Positions 1 through 7,785 of a DNA stretch of 60,609 nucleotides are shown here, piece by piece (position 1 is the first letter of the stretch; each line of letters opens with the position of its first letter). Below the pieces are notes generated by a model, which saw only the letters and a program-made list of their open reading frames with translations, had not been told where the DNA came from and ran no database searches. A program made the position numbers and the translations under genes. Source of the stretch: Terrimicrobiaceae bacterium (lineage in GTDB: Bacteria; Verrucomicrobiota; Verrucomicrobiia; Chthoniobacterales; Terrimicrobiaceae); contig JBGSSC010000475.1 in the NCBI GenBank assembly GCA_041737265.1, positions 1 through 60,609 of the forward strand, in the 5' to 3' direction.

Positions 1-635
1 AGGGCTCGGTGCGGGCGCTGCGTTGGGAGACCGACGGCACCCTGCGCGCCTGGTGCGGCGGGCGCGAAGGCGATCTGAACCAAGGCGTCGTCATCCGCGA
101 CGGGAAACTCGAAAGCGTCCTCCCCCTCGCCGGGGCCGGCCCGGAATGGACGGCTCCCGATGTGTCAGGCCTTGGCTCATTGCCGGTCGAAGTCGCAAAC
201 ACGACCCTGCCGTCTCGTCATGGCCGCCGACATCTTGCCAAACCCAGTTGCTGGGCTGCGTGGAGTGACGGTTGGGCGCTGGTTGGCACTCTCGATGGCA
301 TGGTGGCGAAAGTTCATCTGGCAAGTGGGCGGGTCGTAGCCCTCGGGGTCGCAAGCCCTCACGGCCCGGTGCATCAGATTGTGACCAACGCCGTGCGCAC
401 CCGCGCCTTCGGGGTGGCTGGAGATACGATGGATCTTGGGCAGGCCTTCTATTTTGATGAGGAGGTTGGATTGCGCGAGCTCGGCCGCACGCTGGCCGGG
501 GTAGAGGGATTGGGGCTCGTGGGCAACACCGAGCCTTGCTGCACGGCCCTCTCTCCGGACGGCAAAACCCTGGCTATCGGTGCCCTCGACGAACTCGGCT
601 CGGTTTACCTTTATCGCGAACCGGTCGTTGCATGA
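1..635 (+). CDS. beta-propeller-like repeat protein, C-terminal part only (gene begins upstream of the window); paralog of 31980..34118
   Basis: The frame is open from the window edge to TGA 633-635. Its ~208 aa align colinearly with the C-terminus of the 712-aa protein at 31980..34118 (GPVHQIVTNAVRTRAFGVAGDTMDLGQAFYFDEEVGLRELGR vs GPVHQLASDPASQQVYGVAGDELDLGLIFRWDPQAGLAELGR; SPDGKTLAIGALDELGSVYLY vs SPDGHSVAVGCMDRLGCVLVF). Family not recognised. Confidence 0.6.
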   Translation, partial: GSVRALRWETDGTLRAWCGGREGDLNQGVVIRDGKLESVLPLAGAGPEWTAPDVSGLGSLPVEVANTTLPSRHGRRHLAKPSCWAAWSDGWALVGTLDGMVAKVHLASGRVVALGVASPHGPVHQIVTNAVRTRAFGVAGDTMDLGQAFYFDEEVGLRELGRTLAGVEGLGLVGNTEPCCTALSPDGKTLAIGALDELGSVYLYREPVVA

Positions 636-2572
636 GTCAACCCCGCTATACCGCTGGCACGCTAAGCTACACCAAACCGGCGCTCTTTCTCCTCTTTGCC
701 TGGCTGCTCTGGGGCGACTTCTGCTTCATGATGATGGAGACGGTGGTGCCGGCGGTGGTGCCGCTCAAGCTGAACGCGCTTGAGGCACCGAACTGGTTGA
801 TCGGTCTCATTCTGACCACGGCGCCTGGCATTCTCAACATGACTCTCTGCCCGTGGGTCAGCTTTAAAAGCGATCGCTTTCGCAGCCGGTGGGGGCGGCG
901 AATTCCATTCATCCTGTTCACGCTACCGTTTCTTTGTGCCTCTTTGGTTCTGCTTGGGCTGAGTGAGAATATAGCAAGTTGGCTTCACGCCACCGTGGGC
1001 GCTCTAACGGGAGTGGCCCCGGCGACCCTGACCATTGGACTGATCGCGATCTTCATGTTTGCGTTCAAGTTTTTCGACATGTTTGTCGGGTCGGTTTTCC
1101 ACTGCCTGTTCAATGATACCGTCCCGGTCGAATTCATGGGGCGGTTCATGGGGCTTTTCCGCATCGTCAGCACGGCGGCGGGTGCCTTGTTCAACATTTT
1201 CATCTTCAAGTATTCCGATACCCACATGCGGGAAATCTTCATCGGGGCGGCTATTCTTTATCTCATAGGCATGGGCTGGATGTGTCTGCGCGTGAAGGAG
1301 GGCGAGTATCCGCCCGTGCAAGGGGAGGGGGAGCGAAGCGGGCTCCTTGGGGATATCAAAACTTACGGGAAGGAAAGTTTTTCCCACCGGCTTTACCTTC
1401 AAAGTTATTTGACCCAGGCGTTTAGCGTGATGGCTGCGGGCAGCGGTATTTTTCTGGTTTTTTTCTACCGGGAAATGGGGCTGACTCTGGAGCAAATCGG
1501 CTGGCTCGCCGGGTTGGGAGGGGTGGCCGCAATGGTCGCAACCCTTTTAGCCGCTTCCTTTGTGGATCGCTGGCATCCCCTTCGCATCATGACCTATCTG
1601 ACGATTTTCTCCGCTGTTTCTGGTTTCGCGAATTGGGTGTGGATACCGGTCACGCTGCCGGGCCAACTTTTTTTCTGGCTTGGAATCGGCACGACTGTCA
1701 CGGCGGCATTCAGCGGGGCTCTGGGAGGCATTAGCTCCTACACGATGCTGATGAGGATTTATCCCCAGTCCCGTTACGCCCAATTTTGTTCGGCCCGGGC
1801 CGTGGTCGCTTCGCTGGCAAATATCGGTGCCGGCTTTGCCGTGGGGCTGTTTCTCGACGGGATGAAATCCTTCTGGCCCGTAGGCGGGTTCTGTTACCGC
1901 TTCATGTTCCTGTGGGCATGGCCTTTCACCATCGCCGCTGCCGTCCTTATGGCGGCGCTCTATCGTGAATGGCGAAAATTAGGGGGTGATAGGCATTACC
2001 GTCCGCCCGCCCCGTGGAATGCCGATGGAAAGGATGAGATGGGTCGGGAGGAAGGTTTTAACATCCTTCTACGGCCCCGTTTGACCATGCTTTCTCTGCA
2101 TCTGTTCACGGCGGGGTTCGTGCTGACCTTGCTGCTCACTCCAGTGTTCTGCTCGATCATGCACCGTCACGGCCTCGTCGAGGCTTCGCGCTGGTATTTG
2201 ATCGCGTTTGTCCCGGCGATGTCGCTTCTTACTGCCCTTTGGCTATGGCTCGCTCGCACCGTGCGCAGGGACATCCACGAGTCCGTGGCTGGTCGCGTTC
2301 CGCGCCTCGGCATTCCGCATTATGGCGTGATGCTGGTGCTGGGAGTTCAGAGTCTGGTGGCATTCCCGATCTATTGGATGCAGATCCTCTGGACGAGCGA
2401 ACTCGATATGCAGCGGGAACTCCTCTTCTTTGCGGCAGCCAACATCCTCAGTTCTGCGGCCATTCTGGTCTTTGTCCAACTTTTGCGATGGGTGGAAAGG
2501 CCTGTCCAGCCTGAGCCGCAATCCGAACCGGAGCCCGCCCTCCTTTCCAGCGAAACCGCAACAGCCATTTGA
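632..2572 (+). CDS. MFS-type sugar transporter (paralog 1 of 3) with an extra ~180-aa C-terminal membrane extension
   Basis: ATG 632 overlaps the upstream stop (ATGA at 632-635); the longer track start at 536 lies inside the upstream gene. There are many hydrophobic segments. The N-terminal block GTLSYTKPALFLLFAWLLWGDFCFMMMETVVP...APNW...SDRFRSRWGRRIPF is shared with 38717..40213(-) and 49822..51264(+). Sequence after ~2020 (four more hydrophobic helices, PEPQSEPEP tail) is absent from both paralogs. Confidence 0.8.
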   Translation: MSQPRYTAGTLSYTKPALFLLFAWLLWGDFCFMMMETVVPAVVPLKLNALEAPNWLIGLILTTAPGILNMTLCPWVSFKSDRFRSRWGRRIPFILFTLPFLCASLVLLGLSENIASWLHATVGALTGVAPATLTIGLIAIFMFAFKFFDMFVGSVFHCLFNDTVPVEFMGRFMGLFRIVSTAAGALFNIFIFKYSDTHMREIFIGAAILYLIGMGWMCLRVKEGEYPPVQGEGERSGLLGDIKTYGKESFSHRLYLQSYLTQAFSVMAAGSGIFLVFFYREMGLTLEQIGWLAGLGGVAAMVATLLAASFVDRWHPLRIMTYLTIFSAVSGFANWVWIPVTLPGQLFFWLGIGTTVTAAFSGALGGISSYTMLMRIYPQSRYAQFCSARAVVASLANIGAGFAVGLFLDGMKSFWPVGGFCYRFMFLWAWPFTIAAAVLMAALYREWRKLGGDRHYRPPAPWNADGKDEMGREEGFNILLRPRLTMLSLHLFTAGFVLTLLLTPVFCSIMHRHGLVEASRWYLIAFVPAMSLLTALWLWLARTVRRDIHESVAGRVPRLGIPHYGVMLVLGVQSLVAFPIYWMQILWTSELDMQRELLFFAAANILSSAAILVFVQLLRWVERPVQPEPQSEPEPALLSSETATAI

Positions 2573-2577
2573 AGATT

Positions 2578-4545
2578 ATGACAACACATTCTCCACGTCC
2601 CGCTTCCACCCTCGAAGTCTCTGGCTCATTCGCCTTGGGCTGCAATTACTGGGCCTCCCATGCTGGCATTTTTATGTGGCGCGACTGGCGCCCCGACATC
2701 ATCGACGCCGACTTCGAGGCGCTGGCCACCAACGGAATTGAACTGCTACGCGTTTTTCCGCTCTGGTCCGATTTTCAACCCATCAGCCTCCTCCGTGGGC
2801 ATGGCGGGCGTCCCGTTGAAATGCGATTCGGAGAGGCAACGCTGCCGGCTGATCCAGTAGGTCGGGCCGGGGTATCGGCAGAAATGTTGGGGAGGTTTAT
2901 TACCCTCTGCGAACTGGCGGAAAAACACGGACTTCGTCTAATCGTCGGGCTCGTCACAGGATGGATGAGCGGTCGGCTTTTCGTTCCTCCGGCGCTCGAA
3001 GGGCTCAACCCGATTACCGACCCCGTCAGTCTTGCATGGCAGATGAGATACGTCCGAACCTTGGTGGAGAATCTTCGCTCGGAATCCTGCGTCGTTGCCT
3101 GGGACCTGGGGAACGAATGCAATTGCATGGGCCCGTCGCCATCGCGGGAGGCGGCCTATCTTTGGACGGCTTCAATCGGCAACACGATCAAGGCAGCTGA
3201 TTCCACCCGTCCGGTGATTTCCGGAATGCATGGACTTTCCTCGCCAGTGGATGCCCCTTTGAGTCCGTGGGTCATCGACGATCAGGCGGAATTGACCGAC
3301 ATCCTCACCACGCATCCCTATCCCTATTTCACGCGTCATACCCGCAACGATGCCGTGAATGGCTTTCGCACGACCATGCACGCCACGGCCGAATCGCGGT
3401 TCTACGCAGACCTTGGCGGCAAACCCTGCTTTGTCGAAGAGATCGGCGTCATGGGACCCATGATTGCAAGTGACGAGGTCGCCGCAGCGTTTGCACGAGT
3501 CATCCTGTATTCCCTGTGGGCCAATGACTGCCGCGCATTCCTCTGGTGGTGTAATCATGACCAGACCGAGCTGGTAAACGCTCCCTACGACTGGATTGGT
3601 GTGGAACTGGAACTGGGCCTTCTCCGGATCGACCATACGCCCAAGCCCGTGCTCCGGGAAATGAAAGCATTCCACGATTTTCTCGGCACGATTCCTTTCG
3701 CGGCCTTACCACCCCGCCATCGGGAAGCCGTCTGTCTTCTTACCCATGGACAGGACAACTGGGCGGCAGCCTATGGTGCATTTGTGCTTGGCAAGCAGGC
3801 GAAACTGGAAATGGATTTCCGCCATATCGAGCAATCGATCCCCGAGGCTCCGATCTATCTGCTGCCAAGCATCACTGGCATGAATTGCATCCCGCGCCGC
3901 CAGTGGAAGGAATTACTCTCCCGAGTTCGCGCCGGAGCCACCCTGTATCTCTCACTGGGAGATGGGATCGTGCCCCATTTCAATGAGGTCGCAGGGGTGG
4001 AACTCGTCACGCGCAGTGAGACGACGGGCCTCGCATCCGTCAGCTTGTCCAACGCCGAAAGATCGGTCTTGCCGCTGGTCGGAGCGGATAAAATTGCCGT
4101 GACTGCGGTTGACGCCGATGTGCTGGGAGTGCGGAGCGATGATGGCAGTCCTGCTTTTTGGAAAAACCGATATGGCAATGGGCAGATCATCGTGTTCGCA
4201 GCCCCGATCGAGACGGCGCTAACAAAAACACCGGGAACTTTTGACGCGGATTCCCCTCCCTACTGGAAGGTCTATCACGAGATCGCGAGTTCTCAACCGT
4301 GCCATCGCCGATTGGCAATCGAATCCCCGAATCTCGCGGTAACTGAGCATCCCATCGACTCGGGGCAATCGATGGCCGTGGTCATCAATCACACCGCAAC
4401 CGCGCAAACGGCAAGGGCTGTGCTCAATGAGGGATTCGCTATCGGTCGGATCGTGAGGGGCAATATCGAAAATGTTGGGGATGCAAATCCCCTCATTTCG
4501 ATCGCACCACACGATGCGGTCGTTTTCACCATTGAGAAATCGTGA
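2578..4545 (+). CDS. cytoplasmic clan GH-A (TIM-barrel) glycoside hydrolase, GH5-like or GH42-like, family unresolved
   Basis: No signal peptide. It has N-terminal GCNYWASHAG...ELLRVFPLWSDFQP, acid/base-type WDLGNECN and nucleophile-type CFVEEIGV, plus a long C-terminal non-catalytic region. ATG 2578 is preferred over TTG 2569, which overlaps the MFS stop. Confidence 0.65.
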   Translation: MTTHSPRPASTLEVSGSFALGCNYWASHAGIFMWRDWRPDIIDADFEALATNGIELLRVFPLWSDFQPISLLRGHGGRPVEMRFGEATLPADPVGRAGVSAEMLGRFITLCELAEKHGLRLIVGLVTGWMSGRLFVPPALEGLNPITDPVSLAWQMRYVRTLVENLRSESCVVAWDLGNECNCMGPSPSREAAYLWTASIGNTIKAADSTRPVISGMHGLSSPVDAPLSPWVIDDQAELTDILTTHPYPYFTRHTRNDAVNGFRTTMHATAESRFYADLGGKPCFVEEIGVMGPMIASDEVAAAFARVILYSLWANDCRAFLWWCNHDQTELVNAPYDWIGVELELGLLRIDHTPKPVLREMKAFHDFLGTIPFAALPPRHREAVCLLTHGQDNWAAAYGAFVLGKQAKLEMDFRHIEQSIPEAPIYLLPSITGMNCIPRRQWKELLSRVRAGATLYLSLGDGIVPHFNEVAGVELVTRSETTGLASVSLSNAERSVLPLVGADKIAVTAVDADVLGVRSDDGSPAFWKNRYGNGQIIVFAAPIETALTKTPGTFDADSPPYWKVYHEIASSQPCHRRLAIESPNLAVTEHPIDSGQSMAVVINHTATAQTARAVLNEGFAIGRIVRGNIENVGDANPLISIAPHDAVVFTIEKS

Positions 4546-4677
4546 GCGTTGGGAAATTCGCCCGGAACGATTCCCTTGGCGTCCTGGAATCGGCCAGAAC
4601 GCAGGAATAGCAGGGCAAAATATATGCCTCGGACCTCGCGATGGCGAAAGCGCCCCGGTTGCTGCGGGGTTAGCGCT

Positions 4678-4795
4678 GGAAATGCGCAAAAGGACAAGAT
4701 GATATGCGCATCTTGCTATTGTCGCATCAATGCTCAGGGGATAAATTTTTTCGCTGTCTTGGTCATCCCTCGAACGCAACTCGCACCCAAAAATT
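4678..4795 (+). promoter_or_regulatory. conserved upstream element, copy A (dyad CAAGATG-N7-CATCTTG plus putative -35/-10 and conserved leader)
   Basis: The ~45-nt core GCGCAAAAGGACAAGATGATATGCGCATCTTGCTATTGT recurs at 17513.. and 22057... The perfect dyad is at 4695-4715. TTGTCG (4719-4724) -N17- TAAATT (4742-4747) resembles a sigma70 promoter. GGGGAT (4737-4742) and ATCCC (4765-4769) form an inverted repeat bracketing the -10. The element sits ~55-170 nt upstream of ATG 4851. Confidence 0.5.
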
Positions 4796-4850
4796 GAACG
4801 ATTTGCTGCTCCCGAATCCGAAACCCTCAAGTCAGAACACGAACCTCTCT

Positions 4851-6083
4851 ATGAAAACGCAGAAACAGTCAGTCCTTCAAAGATCCTTTTTTTACGCCGC
4901 GCTCTTCGCCCTGCTGACCCAGGCCGCCCACACGGAGATCATTGATGTCCCTGCCGGAACTAATACTACCTTGCGCGCTGGGAAGGATGCTAGCTCTTAT
5001 ACATTGCACGGAGATTGGGCAGAGCCACCCGATGGCGGGCCGGCCAAGCTCATCACCGAAGGCACAGACCACACCACGGTCAGTGGTCCCATCACCGTGA
5101 ATTTTTTCGATTTTATCCAAGCCGCGAACGGGTCGGACTTGACGATTCAGGGAGGAATCTCAGGTGCCGCCGCAACATCCTACCTGACACTAGTCCCGTC
5201 GGAAGGGTCGACGATCACACTGGAGGGAAGTCCCGTTGTGCTTCCAACTTCCCTGGATGGCCTTGTTCTTTTTGGAGACCCGACTAACCAAGGAACGGTC
5301 GTCTTGAATGTCTCGGGAAACACGTGGGGAGGAGCGATTGTCCAGGAGGGCGGCACTCTGCGGACCGATGTAGCCAACGCGCTGCCAGCCGACGGGACGC
5401 TCATGGTCCACGGGAACCTCGATCTGAATGGTAAAGACCAAGCGATTGGCACTCTGGCTGACGATCTCCCCGGTGGCGGCGTTCCTGAAAATACCAGCGG
5501 AAATATTACCAGTAAAACCGCTGCTACACTAACTATTGAACAAAAAAATTTGCAGGGTCGGGATGACAGCAGTGGAAACAGAGTTGAGAGCAAGGGAAAT
5601 TTCTCCGGGTCAATTACCGGTGAGGTGTCGCTAGTCAAGCTGGGAGACGCCGTTTTGACTCTCGGTGGAGACATTGACATCAATGGGACGACTACGGTTA
5701 AGGAAGGTGCGCTTGCGGTGAATGGCCAGCTAAAAACCGCTCGGTTGACTGTGGCCCAAGGAGCTGAGCTCAAGATCAAAATGAGCATTGCAAGCCCTAG
5801 TATTATCACCAATGCCGTAGTAGTGGCCGGGAGCGATCTGGATATTACATCCTCCTCCGCGCAGCCCGCTGCCACAGCCGATCCAGTCTTTCTGGTAGTC
5901 AACAACAGTCGGGGAGTCGCGCTCGCCACATTCAAGTCCGTATCACTTAACGGGGAACCCTTGAAAGACCTTAATAATTTTGTCGTTGATGGTCAAAAAT
6001 TCCGCCTGGTTTACAATGCTAACTTCAACGGTCCCGGTTCAGACAGACTAGCCAACGACATCGCGCTGGTGCCAGTTCGTTGA
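4851..6083 (+). CDS. secreted autotransporter-associated beta-strand repeat (PATR) protein, no beta-barrel
   Basis: ATG 4851 gives the signal peptide MKTQKQSVLQRSFFYAALFALLTQAAHTE. It has PATR-like repeats (GTVVLNVSGNTWGGAIVQEGGTLRTD; AVLTLGGDIDINGTTTVKEGALAVNG). The C-terminus is a ~95-aa module, not a barrel. Confidence 0.7.
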   Translation: MKTQKQSVLQRSFFYAALFALLTQAAHTEIIDVPAGTNTTLRAGKDASSYTLHGDWAEPPDGGPAKLITEGTDHTTVSGPITVNFFDFIQAANGSDLTIQGGISGAAATSYLTLVPSEGSTITLEGSPVVLPTSLDGLVLFGDPTNQGTVVLNVSGNTWGGAIVQEGGTLRTDVANALPADGTLMVHGNLDLNGKDQAIGTLADDLPGGGVPENTSGNITSKTAATLTIEQKNLQGRDDSSGNRVESKGNFSGSITGEVSLVKLGDAVLTLGGDIDINGTTTVKEGALAVNGQLKTARLTVAQGAELKIKMSIASPSIITNAVVVAGSDLDITSSSAQPAATADPVFLVVNNSRGVALATFKSVSLNGEPLKDLNNFVVDGQKFRLVYNANFNGPGSDRLANDIALVPVR

Positions 6084-6215
6084 TTGTGTTCGCAGATTTC
6101 ACATGAGGCTAGCCATGTTCAGCCCATCGGTCGTGCCGATTCAAATATCGCCCAGAGTCCTTACCCCTGGTTCTACAACGCTCCGCCCAGCGAATCTAAG
6201 GACGTGATTCCTTAA
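6084..6215 (+). pseudogene. 3'-terminal relic of an H-X9-DG prepilin-like gene
   Basis: The frame from 6084 reads ...SHVQPIGRADSNIAQSPYPWFYNAPPSESKDVIP*, colinear with the C-terminus of 22181..22960 (...DGHVQACAPDDPNIATFPYPWIYNAPPSGFNDFITQ*). There is no start codon, no N-terminal prepilin segment, and the DG of the H-X9-DG motif is lost. Confidence 0.6.
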
Positions 6216-6223
6216 TTTCTATT

Positions 6224-7780
6224 GTGCCGACAATCGCAGCCTCCCCCCATCTTTCACTGATACCCTGGCCAGCAAAAATCGAATCGCGAGTGGGTATATT
6301 CCGTCTCCCGGCAGTGATCGAAATAAGGCTGGAGGGCGACGAATCCGCAGTGGCTCCACTCAGGGACTTACTGGCGGATGGTTGGCGAAACCAAACCGAG
6401 CTTTCGGGCGCAACACCCCGTTTCGCAGGAGAAATCGTGCTTAGCTTGGTGGAATCACTCGGGCAAAAGGAAGCTTACACGCTGGAGGTGTCGCCGAATG
6501 GCATAGAAATCAAAGCTGGAACCACCGCTGGCATTTTTTACGGAGTACAAACGCTGCTTCAGCTACTGCCTTCGGACGGTTCAGTGGAACTACCCTGCCT
6601 CAACATCGAAGACCAACCACGCTACCCTTGGCGTGGGATGCACTTGGATTGTGTGCGGCACTTCATGCCTGTGCCGTTTCTGAAAAAGTTCATCGACCTG
6701 ATGGCTCTCTTCAAATTCAACACTTTCCACTGGCACCTGACGGATGATCAGGGCTGGAGATTGGAAAGCAGACGCTACCCGCGCTTGACGGAGGTTGGCG
6801 CATGGCGCGCGGAGACCGTTCGAGGCTTTGAAAAAGGCCCCGGCGACGGTGTGCCGCATGGGGGCTTTTACACTCGTGAAGAAGCCCGCGAAATCGTGGA
6901 GTATGCGGCGGCTCGTTTCATCACCGTGGTTCCCGAGATCGAAATGCCGGGCCACGCGACGGCTGCGCTGGCGGCGTATCCGGAGTTCTCCTGCACGGGC
7001 GGACCATTCTCGGTTGCCACCGAGTGGGGCATCTTCCAAGATGTCTTTTGCGTTGGCAACGATGCGACACTGGCCTTCCTCGAAAACGTTCTCGATGAGG
7101 TCTTGGAAATTTTCCCCTCCACTTTCATCCATATCGGCGGTGACGAGTGCCCGAAAGATCGTTGGCGCGTTTGTCCAGAGTGTCAGGCGCGCATTCGCGC
7201 CGAGGGCCTGGCGGATGAGGACGCATTGCAATCCTGGTTGATCGGCAGGATGAGCCGTTTTCTGCAATCGCGCGGACGCCGACTCGTAGGCTGGGATGAA
7301 ATCCTTGAGGGTGGTCTGGCCGAGGGAGCGACCGTCATGTCTTGGCGCGGTGAAGCCGGGGGAATCGAGGCCTGCAATGCGGGCCACGATGTGGTCATGA
7401 CCCCAGGCGACCGGGTTTATTTTAACTTCTCGCAAGATCGCCCCGAAACCAATCCGCTGCTTCAGGAAATCCCCTACACCTCTTTGGAATCCGTCTATCG
7501 CTATGAGCCGACCCCAGAGCAGATCGACCCCGCGCAACGTCACCACCTGTTAGGCGCGCAGGGGCAACTGTGGACCGAATACATGCCGACCACGCGACGG
7601 GTCGAATACATGGCTTTCCCGCGTACACTGGCATTGGCTGAAGTTCTTTGGAGTCCGCGGGAAAGCCACGACTTCGCGTCGTTCGAACAGAGACTTCCCG
7701 CCGCGCTGCGCTTGTTCGACGAACGCGGTGTGAGCTACCGCACTCTCACTAAGACCGATAAAAACGCTCTAACTATCTAA
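6224..7780 (+). CDS. GH20 beta-N-acetylhexosaminidase
   Basis: It has the classical GH20 blocks FNTFHWHLTDDQGWRLES and FIHIGGDECPKD (catalytic D-E pair). GTG start at 6224; no obvious signal peptide. Confidence 0.85.
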   Translation: MPTIAASPHLSLIPWPAKIESRVGIFRLPAVIEIRLEGDESAVAPLRDLLADGWRNQTELSGATPRFAGEIVLSLVESLGQKEAYTLEVSPNGIEIKAGTTAGIFYGVQTLLQLLPSDGSVELPCLNIEDQPRYPWRGMHLDCVRHFMPVPFLKKFIDLMALFKFNTFHWHLTDDQGWRLESRRYPRLTEVGAWRAETVRGFEKGPGDGVPHGGFYTREEAREIVEYAAARFITVVPEIEMPGHATAALAAYPEFSCTGGPFSVATEWGIFQDVFCVGNDATLAFLENVLDEVLEIFPSTFIHIGGDECPKDRWRVCPECQARIRAEGLADEDALQSWLIGRMSRFLQSRGRRLVGWDEILEGGLAEGATVMSWRGEAGGIEACNAGHDVVMTPGDRVYFNFSQDRPETNPLLQEIPYTSLESVYRYEPTPEQIDPAQRHHLLGAQGQLWTEYMPTTRRVEYMAFPRTLALAEVLWSPRESHDFASFEQRLPAALRLFDERGVSYRTLTKTDKNALTI

Positions 7781-7785
7781 TAATT

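Noticed and set aside
536-631. Longer N-terminal extension of the first MFS gene (track start at 536). Analogous long starts occur at 4704, 17594, 26956, 28262, 32125, 42040, 55241, 56272 and 57611.
   Set aside because: The extensions overlap the upstream gene or add non-signal, low-complexity residues. Internal ATG or GTG codons give signal peptides, lipoboxes or family-typical N-termini and tidy operon spacing.
5180-5935. 251-aa minus-strand ORF inside the PATR gene. Similar long antisense or alternate-frame ORFs occur at 6590-7546, 30399-31442, 30992-32023, 37198-38535, 42679-44031, 46813-48006, 52116-52955, 56607-57368 and 56971-57810.
   Set aside because: All lie wholly within longer ORFs that carry recognisable family motifs. 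Their products are Arg/Pro/Gly/Ala-rich with no motifs, which is typical of shadow ORFs in GC-rich DNA.
4851-6083. A classical type V autotransporter.
   Set aside because: PATR repeats are present, but there is no C-terminal beta-barrel translocator domain (no alternating amphipathic strands, no terminal aromatic residue).
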